Shown one piece after another: positions 54,821 to 62,711 of a stretch of DNA of 62,711 nt. Numbering within the stretch: position 1 is the stretch's first letter; each line of letters opens with the position of its first letter. The DNA comes from Porticoccaceae bacterium (GTDB lineage: Bacteria; Pseudomonadota; Gammaproteobacteria; Pseudomonadales; GM7GCV1), in contig JABJGI010000148.1 of the NCBI GenBank assembly GCA_018662305.1, positions 1 to 62,711 on the forward strand, in the 5' to 3' direction. Made by a program: the position numbers and the translations under genes. The notes below the pieces were generated by a model. The model was not told the DNA's origin and ran no database searches. It saw only the letters and a list, made by a program, of their open reading frames with translations.

Positions 54821-55933
54821 ATGAATAAATCACTTTTTGCATCCGCTGTATTGGCGCTGGTTTTAGGAGCGGCGCCTGCGGCAATAGCTCATCACGGGCC
54901 TGGTCAATTTCGAGGTGGTGAAGTCACCGTGACTGGTGTCGTAACTAATATCCGCTTTGTGAATCCGCACGCCTATATTTATATGGATGTGGTTGGAGAA
55001 GACGGCGAAACCGAGGCCTGGCGATTTGAAATGCAGGCAGGATCGCTCTTGCGACGAGCGGGCTGGGACGAGAGCATGTTCCCAGAGGGCACTGAAATCA
55101 CCATTACCGGTGCAGCGGGAACCAGAGAAAGAACAGCGGCTCTGTATTCAACCGGCGTATTTGCGGATGGTACGGAGCTTGGTCGTTCAACCCAGCGTCG
55201 AGAAGTAGTCGATGATGTCAGCGCCATGGAAGTCGAAAGCAGGTTGGCTAGCGGCACATTAGACTTAAATGGCACTTGGGCCGCGCCGCAGAGATATTTT
55301 GATCCAACGGAAGCGGCGCGTCGCGCCAACGCAGCAGCGGGTGGCGGCATGGGTGCGCCCACTGGTAGGGGCGGTGGCGGCGGTGGTCTGCCTAATGGTG
55401 TTTCTGGTCTAACCGAAGCGGGCGAGGCGGCTGTTGAGCGTTATGCAGCTGCGGGTGGTGGTAACCCTCGCCACAGATGTGAAGCGGTCAATATCTTCCA
55501 CGACTGGACCTTTGATCGTCACGTAAACGAAATTATTCAGACTGAAGATACTATCGTTATGAAGATGGGGCTTATGGATATTGTTCGTACGATCCACCTG
55601 GATATGGATGAACACCCTGCCAACATCGTACCTTCCAAAGGCGGTCACTCAATTGGGCGCTTGGACGGAGCCACGCTGCATGTCGACACCATTGGTTTTA
55701 CCGGCGACGGCTATCTTTCCGCTAGTCTGTTGCACAGTGACCAGTTCCATGTGACCGAGACCTTCACCTATAACCCGGAAGACCACAGTCTGACTCGCGT
55801 ATATTCCGCGGTTGATCCAGTTAACTTTACTGGAACCTACAGTGGCGAGGACGTTGTTTACATATCTAACACTCCTTTTGAAGACTACGCCTGTGTTGAA
55901 TTGATGGACGATTTCATCGAACCAATTGAGTAG
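54821..55933 (+). CDS. secreted HH-NPH family protein, long form with Gly-rich insert (P6)
   Basis: 370 aa. ...PAAIA then HHGPGQ. FVNPH. GHSIGRLDGATLHVDT. Cys pair (HRCEAV, YACVEL). Insert AAAGGGMGAPTGRGGGGGG. Confidence 0.7.
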   Translation: MNKSLFASAVLALVLGAAPAAIAHHGPGQFRGGEVTVTGVVTNIRFVNPHAYIYMDVVGEDGETEAWRFEMQAGSLLRRAGWDESMFPEGTEITITGAAGTRERTAALYSTGVFADGTELGRSTQRREVVDDVSAMEVESRLASGTLDLNGTWAAPQRYFDPTEAARRANAAAGGGMGAPTGRGGGGGGLPNGVSGLTEAGEAAVERYAAAGGGNPRHRCEAVNIFHDWTFDRHVNEIIQTEDTIVMKMGLMDIVRTIHLDMDEHPANIVPSKGGHSIGRLDGATLHVDTIGFTGDGYLSASLLHSDQFHVTETFTYNPEDHSLTRVYSAVDPVNFTGTYSGEDVVYISNTPFEDYACVELMDDFIEPIE

Positions 55934-55950
55934 TACATTGCTCATATAGA

Positions 55951-55976
55951 AAAAGGCAGCTGAGGCTGCTTTTTTG
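55951..55976. terminator. short hairpin with flanking A/T runs between convergent genes
   Basis: GCAGC / GCTGC stem, A-run before and T6 after. The stem is short. Confidence 0.35.
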
Positions 55977-56000
55977 TTCTCAAAGAATATTAGGTGGAGA

Positions 56001-57056
56001 CTATTGCTCAGTAATCGATCCTGCGCAGTCGTAGGGTTGAATCTCCTGGCCTGGAACATACTGCCACCACTTCTGCGCAACGTTTGACGTTCGTTGCATC
56101 AGTGGGTCAATTTCTACTCTAGTGTAGGCAAGTTGATTGCGATCATGGCTAAGGTTAAAGGTCTCAACTGCCTGTACAAAATCGAGGCCATCAGTACCAC
56201 CCTCGCGATATTGGATAGTTTCAACAACCAGTGTATCTCCTAGCATTCGGCCTCGAGAATAGCCGAGATGATCCCTTGGGATCTCATTCGGAATAGCCTT
56301 GTTCGGATCCATATAGACGGTGCGAACAGTATCCAAAAACTCGAATTGAATTTCGATGGTATCGCCATTATTAACGAGAGCCATGGGGTAGGGTTCACCG
56401 ATAACTGACAGCGCAGGTCTAGCCGAACAGTCGTGTCTGTCTGGCCTTCCGCCGAGCCCAGCTGCTTGCCGTGCAGCTTGATATTCCAGAGCATATTCAG
56501 TTGGATCACCGCCCCTTGCTCGACCAGCTCCATGGCTTCCCTCGGCACCATAGACAATGTGCCAACTGCCAAAGATCGAAGTCGGGCGCTCATCAAGATT
56601 ATCTTCAACAACGCCACCATGGAGTGCCGCAGTATCACCAATTAGACCAGAGGCTTCATCTGTCCAGCGACGCCCTGCCGTTCTCGACATAACCACTTCA
56701 GTGTTGTCTGCCAGCAGTAAGTGATTTACAAACATTTCTGGTCTGCCCTGAAGAGAGGGTAGACCAGCGGCCTTCACCTGATCGCCAATTTTAATTACAT
56801 CTCTGGATACCCCCATACGAGTCAGTCTGGCGACTGCGTTACTTTCAATGGTCCAGACCGTTTCGTTCGCCGTATCTTGATCCACGGTAATCTGGAACTG
56901 GACATGTGGATTGCGCCAAAGAATTTTTGATACGACGCCCTCAATTTCTACGTCGCCATCGGCATCAAAGATAGCGGCCCAAGTGTGATGGGCGTTTACC
57001 TGACTTGAGGCGAGTACTATGAAACATAGGACGGTTAACTTTCTTAGAATTGACAT
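56001..57056 (-). CDS. secreted HH-NPH family protein, long form (P7)
   Basis: Start moved to MSILRKLTVLCFIVLASSQVNA (GGGGA upstream) then HHTWAA. WRNPH. GYSRGRMLGDTLVVET. Cys pair (HDCSAR, YDCAGS). Confidence 0.7.
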   Translation of the reverse strand: MSILRKLTVLCFIVLASSQVNAHHTWAAIFDADGDVEIEGVVSKILWRNPHVQFQITVDQDTANETVWTIESNAVARLTRMGVSRDVIKIGDQVKAAGLPSLQGRPEMFVNHLLLADNTEVVMSRTAGRRWTDEASGLIGDTAALHGGVVEDNLDERPTSIFGSWHIVYGAEGSHGAGRARGGDPTEYALEYQAARQAAGLGGRPDRHDCSARPALSVIGEPYPMALVNNGDTIEIQFEFLDTVRTVYMDPNKAIPNEIPRDHLGYSRGRMLGDTLVVETIQYREGGTDGLDFVQAVETFNLSHDRNQLAYTRVEIDPLMQRTSNVAQKWWQYVPGQEIQPYDCAGSITEQ

Positions 57057-57229
57057 TTTTATCCCCATAATTCGCTGATATTTATTAGATACATTATTCT
57101 TGGCTTTCCTTCGAATGAAGGCGAGTCCTTTGTATTGTGTCTAAAATATGGCCAAAGTGTGCCTAATTCGAAAACGGATTGGAAATATTTCTTTCGAAAA
57201 GCCATACAAATTTACTTTAATTAGGGGTA

Positions 57230-57590
57230 GTGATGCATAAATCTTCTTGTCATTGCGGTGCGGTGGAGATTGAAATTTATCAATTGCCGGCGAGTTTGGT
57301 AGCTTGCAACTGCTCGATATGCCGTCGTTACGCATCCTTGTGGGGACATTTGACCCAGGAGACCGCTAAGGTCTCTTATGAATCCGGTGCTGCCTCATTC
57401 TATAAGTGGGGTGATGGTGCTTGAGTTTTATCACTGTAATAGCTGCGGTTGTATCACCCACTACGAGCTAATGGATAAAGATAGCGAAGCTAGATTGTCG
57501 GTGAATTTTAAAATGTTTCCGCAAGGTCTTATCGATACCCTTGAAACTAAGAGGTTTGATGGTGCGGACAGCTGGAAATTTTTGGACTGA
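57230..57590 (+). pseudogene. GFA/CENP-V-family (glutathione-dependent formaldehyde-activating-like) gene split by a frameshift
   Basis: ORF 57230-57424 carries SCHCGAV and CNCSIC. ORF 57378-57590 in the +1 frame carries HCNSCGC and the family C-terminus. The two halves join near 57410-57425. Confidence 0.6.
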
Positions 57591-57632
57591 TCAGGTTGTA
57601 CTGCTCTCGTATCTTTAGTTGCCGAACTACTG

Positions 57633-58337
57633 ATGGAAATTTATGTCCAAGCTGGGATGGAATTATGGATGCTAAAGCTTGCCCGTGGAGATAGGAAAGT
57701 GAGAGTTGGAAAGGTCGTTCAGGAAAATAGGTTTTTTATTCTGTTTTTGATTTTATGGTCTGTTGGCCGTATTAGCTTTGCAGACTGGTCACCAGTGCCC
57801 ACAGGTTCAATGGAACCGACAATAGTGCCAGGCGACGTGCTGCTAATCGACAAAACCGCATTTGGTCCTTCTGTTCCTTTTCTCAACAAGCGATTGCTAA
57901 CCTGGGGATCGCCAGATCGTGGTGACATCATCACTTTTATCCCTCCGCACGAAGATATCCTTTATGTAAAAAGGGTTATCGGTATTCCCGGAGACCTGAT
58001 TCAAATCGAGGGAGCGGCGATAAGTGTTAACGGCGCAGAATTGCCTCAGAGTTTGGTTTCTGCAGATGACGAGAGATTGATTCTGGAAGAATCTTTGGTG
58101 GATTTGGGGCATTCCATCCAATACAGCAGTTCCAGACCTGCGCCTTCCAGTCGACATTTTATTACCGTGCCAGTCGACAAGTATTTTGTGATGGGCGACC
58201 ACAGAAACAACAGTTCAGATTCACGTTATTGGGGCTTTGTGGATGCCGAGAAGATCACCGGTAAAGTTGATCGAGTGATGCTTTCTCTTTCGTCAGAATG
58301 GCCATACCTGTCGCGAGTGGGAAAGATACTGGACTAA
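57633..58337 (+). CDS. lepB: type I signal peptidase (short, single-TM paralogue type)
   Basis: SMEPTIVPGDVLLIDK (catalytic Ser), YVKRVIGIPGD (catalytic Lys), GDHRNNSSDSRYWGFV. The start codon is uncertain (alternatives at 57657 and 57669). Confidence 0.75.
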   Translation: MEIYVQAGMELWMLKLARGDRKVRVGKVVQENRFFILFLILWSVGRISFADWSPVPTGSMEPTIVPGDVLLIDKTAFGPSVPFLNKRLLTWGSPDRGDIITFIPPHEDILYVKRVIGIPGDLIQIEGAAISVNGAELPQSLVSADDERLILEESLVDLGHSIQYSSSRPAPSSRHFITVPVDKYFVMGDHRNNSSDSRYWGFVDAEKITGKVDRVMLSLSSEWPYLSRVGKILD

Positions 58338-58354
58338 TACGTGACCCTACTTAC

Positions 58355-58385
58355 AAAAAAGGCCGCTAGAAAGCGGCCTTTTTTA
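58355..58385. terminator. bidirectional intrinsic terminator
   Basis: AAGGCCGCT / AGCGGCCTT stem, 4-nt loop, A6 before and T6 after. Confidence 0.8.
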
Positions 58386-58402
58386 ATTCAGGTTCGAAAC
58401 CC

Positions 58403-59893
58403 TTAGTTTTCGCTATTGTGTAGATCTTCTATTTGGGCCTTTAAGCTAGCGAACCGGCTTCTTTCAGCATTAGAAAGTTCGCCGTCGAGTAGGTTGTTGT
58501 ACTCGTAAGGGTCCACTTCAAGATCAAAGAAATATTCCGTGCCTTCATCATTCAAATACTTGTATTTTTGGTCACGGATGGCGTATTCACCGGCTTTTAC
58601 GCCTTCTTCGGTGTTGAAACGATCCACATAGATCCAATCGCGGATCGACTCACGATCGGGGTTACTTAGGTAGGGCATCAAGCTGACGCTGTCGTGGGCA
58701 ATATTGTCCGGGACAGTCTCTTCAAAATTGATTCCCGCCATTTCCATCATGGTTGAATAGAGGTCGGTGGAATTGACCAAGGCGTGGGAAGTTTCACCCT
58801 GGGCTACACCCGGGCCAGTAATAATAAAGGGAACCATAATGCCGCCATTCCACACTGTCCCTTTGTGGGAGCTGCCACGGAAGGGTTCGTCTATTACACC
58901 TCGGCCGGTGCCGTTGTCACCGATAAAGATTACATAGGTGTTTTCCAGCTCTTCTGGGCCGATATAGTCGAGCAGGCGACCGATTTCGGTATCCATGGCT
59001 TCGATCATGGCTTTGAAGGCAGGCCTGTTACCAGCTTCTGGATCATCCAGAGCGGGATCATCGGATTGAAGCAGTTCGCGAGGCGGAATATGTATAGGGC
59101 TGTGAGGCGTGTTGAATGCCAGCCACAAAAACCATGGTTCCTCACGATCTGAAGGATTACCGAGCCAGTCGATAGCGTCGTCAACTTTGGCTGAAGGTGC
59201 ATAGCCAGTTCGTGTAGAGAATTCGCCGTTTTCCAGATCAACCCAACCGTAATAGTGCTCTGGGCAGCAACGAACAAGCCCTTTGAAGTGCTCAAATCCG
59301 GCAAGATTAGGATGGTCTTCCCAGCCATTCCGAGTATCAGCTAGATGCCATTTGCCGATAGCGGCTTTGTCATATCCAAGCTCTGGAACTTCGTTGAATG
59401 CCTGCGGAAGCGTAAATTCTTCTAGGCTAATGCCCCAGCGAGCAGAGGTGACACCTTGGCCTCCACCGCCGCCACCGCCAGCTCCCATTCCACCGTTACC
59501 AGCGCCACCACCGGCAGCTGATGAGACGGGTAGTGCGCCCAAATTAGCTGGCACGATAGCAGGGGGTGCTGGCATTTCACCACGAGCAACATTGTCCCCT
59601 GTAGGGCCCCCAACTCCGGTTCTAAATCCATAGCGTCCGGTGAGAATGGTAGCTCGGGTAGGAGAACACACAGGCTGTGCCCACATATTAGTGAAGCTCA
59701 CGCCGTTGCTAGCTAGTTCACCTAGGGTAGCCGTCTTTGGTGGATCCAAACCAATACCATAGGATTCGACGGTCTCGATTCCCATATCATCGGAAATAAT
59801 AAACAGAATGTTTGGTTTGTCGGTTTGGGCAAGCAGCGAATTGCTTGCACAAAATAAAACTGTACCCACTAGGACGGATAGAAAGCTTTTCAT
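58403..59893 (-). CDS. exported Cys-type sulfatase with a Gly-rich insert
   Basis: 496 aa. Signal peptide. ILFIISDDMG. CSPTRATILTGR (CxPxR formylglycine motif). KWHL. Insert AAGGGAGNGGMGAGGGGGGGQG. Confidence 0.8.
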   Translation of the reverse strand: MKSFLSVLVGTVLFCASNSLLAQTDKPNILFIISDDMGIETVESYGIGLDPPKTATLGELASNGVSFTNMWAQPVCSPTRATILTGRYGFRTGVGGPTGDNVARGEMPAPPAIVPANLGALPVSSAAGGGAGNGGMGAGGGGGGGQGVTSARWGISLEEFTLPQAFNEVPELGYDKAAIGKWHLADTRNGWEDHPNLAGFEHFKGLVRCCPEHYYGWVDLENGEFSTRTGYAPSAKVDDAIDWLGNPSDREEPWFLWLAFNTPHSPIHIPPRELLQSDDPALDDPEAGNRPAFKAMIEAMDTEIGRLLDYIGPEELENTYVIFIGDNGTGRGVIDEPFRGSSHKGTVWNGGIMVPFIITGPGVAQGETSHALVNSTDLYSTMMEMAGINFEETVPDNIAHDSVSLMPYLSNPDRESIRDWIYVDRFNTEEGVKAGEYAIRDQKYKYLNDEGTEYFFDLEVDPYEYNNLLDGELSNAERSRFASLKAQIEDLHNSEN

Positions 59894-59927
59894 ATTTTCC
59901 TCATAAATTCCTTATGTCATTACTGAC

Positions 59928-60344
59928 TTATTCTTGATCGCCATCCAGTCTGTCGGCTTCTTCAACTGCAGATCGTTGACGTATCTGTGGTGTTATTTCG
60001 TAGTATTCGCCTTTCAACTCAAAACCGCTGAGAACCGCTTCTGGTGAACCATTTCGCGCGGGCCATAGGCGTGCTCTAAGCTCGTCGCCGGATTGGATGA
60101 CATCGCTACTTTCCTCAAGCCCAGTATTGCTCCAATTTCTTGGCGTGATTTCAATGGTCCAGAGGCGGCCGTCGTTTTCCTGCAATTCGAGAATCGGATG
60201 GGGGCGAACGTATCTAAAGCTCTCGACCACACCGCTGATCTCCATTGGGTCGTTAATTGCGTAGGGAGAAAAGGAATGATGGGCCATACTTGTCGTCGAG
60301 AATAGCAGGGCTGTCACAGCGGTAAGCCTAAGTAAAAGTTTCAT
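59928..60344 (-). CDS. secreted HH-NPH family protein, short form (P8; DUF6152-like)
   Basis: 138 aa. ...TTSMA then HHSFSPYA. YVRPH. WTIEI. GDELRARLWP. Lacks the C-terminal module. 34 nt upstream of the sulfatase start. Confidence 0.7.
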   Translation of the reverse strand: MKLLLRLTAVTALLFSTTSMAHHSFSPYAINDPMEISGVVESFRYVRPHPILELQENDGRLWTIEITPRNWSNTGLEESSDVIQSGDELRARLWPARNGSPEAVLSGFELKGEYYEITPQIRQRSAVEEADRLDGDQE

Positions 60345-60569
60345 TGTTTAAAATCCACTGTGAGTTTTTTAAAACGTGCGCGGAATGTACCAATAAATTG
60401 GCTTGGCGTAACTACAGCTCCATTTAATTGGTAATTAAGTTTTGCTGAAGGAGATCGCGCTGAATTTAAATTGGTCGAAGAATTTTGCAGATTAAGTTCG
60501 CTGAAGGAGTATTTATCCACTAAATCTGTTGTGAAATGATGCGACCTTAATTATCCAAAAGACCACCTG

Positions 60570-61583
60570 ATGACACTTTTAATTGTCTATGCCCTAGTTG
60601 CCGTAATTTTCTCTTTTCTCTGCTCTATTGCCGAAGCGGTTCTACTCAGCGTGGACTCACCCTATCTGGCAGGCAAGGAACAGGAAGGTAAGCGCAGCGC
60701 GCCGGTACTGCGAAAACTGAAGGAGAATATTAACGAGCCTCTGGCTGTCATCCTGACACTCAATACGATCGCCCATACAGTTGGAGCAGCAGGTGTCGGT
60801 GGACAGGCAGCCATCGTCTTTGGCAGTGCCTATAAGGGCGTAATCTATGGTGTGTTGACTCTCATAATCTTGGTTTTTTCGGAGATTATTCCCAAGGCGA
60901 TTGGCGCTCAGTATTGGCGACAACTGGCTCCCGCAACCGCATTCACCTTAAGCTTTCTAGTAAGAGCTTTATACCCCTTTGTTGTGATGTCCAATTTGCT
61001 TACCAGTTGGTTTTCTCCAAAAAATCCGGAGAGAGTCTTTAACCGGGGCGAATATGCTGCCTTAGCGGATGTAGGTGAGCAGGAGGGGGAGCTCGATCCA
61101 CAGGAGGCCAAAGTACTTAGAAATTTATTCTTGTTGCGGGAAAATACAGTGCATTCAGCCATGACTCCGGTCTCGGTCATCTACTCATTGCCCGCAGATA
61201 GCAGTTGTTTAGATTATGTCGAAAATGCTGGGGAGAACCGCTTTTCTCGGATTCCTCTTACGGAAGGTATGACAGACTACATTGGCTTTGTATTGAAATC
61301 AGATGTGTTACTTGCCGTGGCCAATGGAGAGGGTGACAAACCGCTTCGTGAAATCTGCCGTGAACTGCCGGCGATCTTGGACAAGTTTTCTTTACTGAAA
61401 GCATTTGATGATTTTGTTGAGGAGAAGCATCACATCAAACTTGTCGTCAACGAATACGGTGACGGTATGGGCCTCTTAACTTTAGAGGATATTCTTGAGT
61501 CTTTAATAGGCTTGGAAATTGTCGATGAAACAGATTCCGTTATCGACATGCAGAAACTCGCGCGGCGGCTGTACAAGAAATAA
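60570..61583 (+). CDS. CNNM/DUF21 transmembrane domain + CBS-pair protein (HlyC/CorC-type transporter family)
   Basis: 337 aa. N-terminal four-TM DUF21-like region (LNTIAHTVGAAGVG), then a CBS pair (VHSAMTP...RIPL...GLLTLEDILE). Confidence 0.7.
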   Translation: MTLLIVYALVAVIFSFLCSIAEAVLLSVDSPYLAGKEQEGKRSAPVLRKLKENINEPLAVILTLNTIAHTVGAAGVGGQAAIVFGSAYKGVIYGVLTLIILVFSEIIPKAIGAQYWRQLAPATAFTLSFLVRALYPFVVMSNLLTSWFSPKNPERVFNRGEYAALADVGEQEGELDPQEAKVLRNLFLLRENTVHSAMTPVSVIYSLPADSSCLDYVENAGENRFSRIPLTEGMTDYIGFVLKSDVLLAVANGEGDKPLREICRELPAILDKFSLLKAFDDFVEEKHHIKLVVNEYGDGMGLLTLEDILESLIGLEIVDETDSVIDMQKLARRLYKK

Positions 61584-61811
61584 AAAAAGGGGCCGAGGCC
61601 CCAAATATCTCACAAAACTGAGCGTCTAGATTGTTCCGGCAACCTGAAATCTCCAGATTAGGCCAGAGCCTAGAATAGTAGGCCTTCGATCCGAAGGATT
61701 GTCTGATCCATATCAAGAGTTGCTAAATCGTTGCCCAGCAAGATTGCTGGACCGAGCTCAGGAATAACCCAAAAGTCCTTAGTCTTTTTACACTTCTTGA
61801 TGAAATAGGGG

Positions 61812-61853
61812 TTTACTCCTTGCCGACCATTAATGATAATGAGTCTCATTTAG
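61812..61853 (+). promoter_or_regulatory. candidate sigma70 promoter overlapped by a Fur-box-like sequence
   Basis: TTTACT, 17 nt, GATAAT (61835-61840). GATAATGAGTCTCATTTAG matches 13 of 19 positions of GATAATGATAATCATTATC and contains the perfect palindrome AATGAG-T-CTCATT. Confidence 0.35.
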
Positions 61854-61973
61854 AGTGATGCTTATGGTGTGGCTAGGCTGGTATAAAAAGGCGCGTAATC
61901 GACTTCGCCGCTATGCCAGAGACAGAGGTAGAAACTGAAAAGAGGAGGCCGCCTCCTTTCTTGCTTTCTCTTT
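61847..61973 (+). ncRNA. candidate Fur-controlled small RNA or terminated 5' leader
   Basis: Runs from the predicted start just after the -10/Fur box to a hairpin AGGAGGC / GCCTCCT (61943-61957) followed by a U-rich tract. No ORF with an RBS inside. Confidence 0.25.
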
Positions 61974-62030
61974 GCAAACAATTACCATTCGCGTCTCAAT
62001 TTTAAGCGGCTAGATCTACAGGAAAACCTT

Positions 62031-62711
62031 ATGAAAACACTGCTGCTCAGACAAAAAACTTTATTCCTGGCATTCGGCCTAGCAGCTTTGTTTGGCGCCG
62101 GGCAGGCCGCAGCCAATGGCGAAATTGGCGCTCATGTGAATGATTTGTCCAGCAACATTGATCACTACTCAGAGGAAGTTAGCTGGATCATTGCCGAGAT
62201 TGATAAAGTCGTCGCTCTTTATGGAGAAGATGCTGGCAGCGCGAGTCCGGAACGAGTGACCGATCTCTGGGAAGAGGTCGATTTCCATTCAGCAATTGAA
62301 GTGAATTACATTCCTATTTATGCCTCGATATGGCAGGGGCTTTTCGGGGTGCGCATGGCAATGGCTAATGGACAAGATTTGGCCAGTGTTCGTGTAGAGC
62401 AAGAAACCTTAAATCATACATTCTGGCAGGCGCTTGGTGCGGTGAAGATGGCTTCTTTGATGCAAGATCGGGGGTTGCTCCAACCGGTGGCAGTCACCGA
62501 ATCAATGACACCCATCGAAACACTGGATGAAATTAAAACCCGCCTAGACCGTGTCACGGCCAAACATGCCGAACAGCTTCCAGAAGAAGCTACCGAAATT
62601 GTCCAAGATACTTATCTGACTCTTTTTGAAGGTCTGGAAGGTATGCTGATCGAGCAGGATGCAGAATTGGTTGTGGATCTTGAAATCGACTTCAACGTGA
62701 CTCTTCTCCAG
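62031..62711 (+). CDS. 5' part of an ORF running off the window; secreted protein, possibly the periplasmic N-terminal part of an iron-uptake protein
   Basis: ATG at 62031 after AGGA. Open for 227 codons to the window end. Signal peptide LFLAFGLAALFGAGQAAA. The functional guess rests only on the upstream Fur-like box and a vague resemblance to N-terminal regions of FTR1-type permeases. Confidence 0.45.
   Translation, partial: MKTLLLRQKTLFLAFGLAALFGAGQAAANGEIGAHVNDLSSNIDHYSEEVSWIIAEIDKVVALYGEDAGSASPERVTDLWEEVDFHSAIEVNYIPIYASIWQGLFGVRMAMANGQDLASVRVEQETLNHTFWQALGAVKMASLMQDRGLLQPVAVTESMTPIETLDEIKTRLDRVTAKHAEQLPEEATEIVQDTYLTLFEGLEGMLIEQDAELVVDLEIDFNVTLLQ

Noticed and set aside
61588-61601. The GGGGCC-GA-GGCCCC palindrome after the CNNM gene as an intrinsic terminator.
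   Set aside because: The loop is too small, no T-run follows on the plus strand, and only an A-run precedes it. At best it is a weak structure.
61670-61849. A 59-codon minus-strand ORF (MRLIIINGRQGVNPYFIKKCKK...) starting inside the Fur-box-like sequence.
   Set aside because: There is no Shine-Dalgarno upstream, no recognisable motif, and it falls below the ORF-track cutoff. It was kept only as an alternative explanation for the Fur-like box.

Overview
This 62.7-kb window looks like a marine-type gammaproteobacterial chromosome. That is inferred from gene order and from reading the translated ORFs, because no search could be run. It has three parts. (1) 1-32.1 kb looks accessory. It holds an eight-gene, tightly coupled FHA / PP2C / Hanks-kinase operon (262-8586). 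That operon also encodes a MotA/ExbB-like channel protein and a thermolysin-like protease fused through one TM helix to a cytoplasmic FHA domain. It is followed by a dense run of exported redox or hydrolase-type proteins. (2) 32.2-51.3 kb is a textbook core block: coaX, SPOR protein, tRNA-Thr/Tyr/Gly/Thr, tuf, tRNA-Trp, secE, nusG, rplK-rplA-rplJ-rplL, rpoB, rpoC, rpsL, rpsG, fusA. (3) 51.3-62.7 kb is again accessory-looking. It carries DUF938, YceI, a cytochrome c/beta-propeller fusion, a frameshifted GFA gene, an extra signal peptidase I, a Cys-type sulfatase, a CNNM/CBS protein and a Fur-box region. The most striking signal is a secreted protein family present in eight copies (seven forms of about 320-370 aa and one of 138 aa). 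Signal-peptide cleavage is predicted to leave His-His at the mature N-terminus, followed by an invariant (N/R)-P-H. These copies sit beside two diverged copies of a diheme cytochrome c + beta-trefoil-like gene pair, metallo-hydrolases, a Tat-exported degenerate aldo-keto reductase and a sulfatase. I propose this as an uncharacterised periplasmic metal/redox system. No rRNA, CRISPR array, transposase, integrase or phage gene was seen. All functional calls come from motif reading by eye. CDS coordinates include the stop codon, and several starts were moved from the ORF-track start to an internal ATG with a better Shine-Dalgarno and signal peptide.
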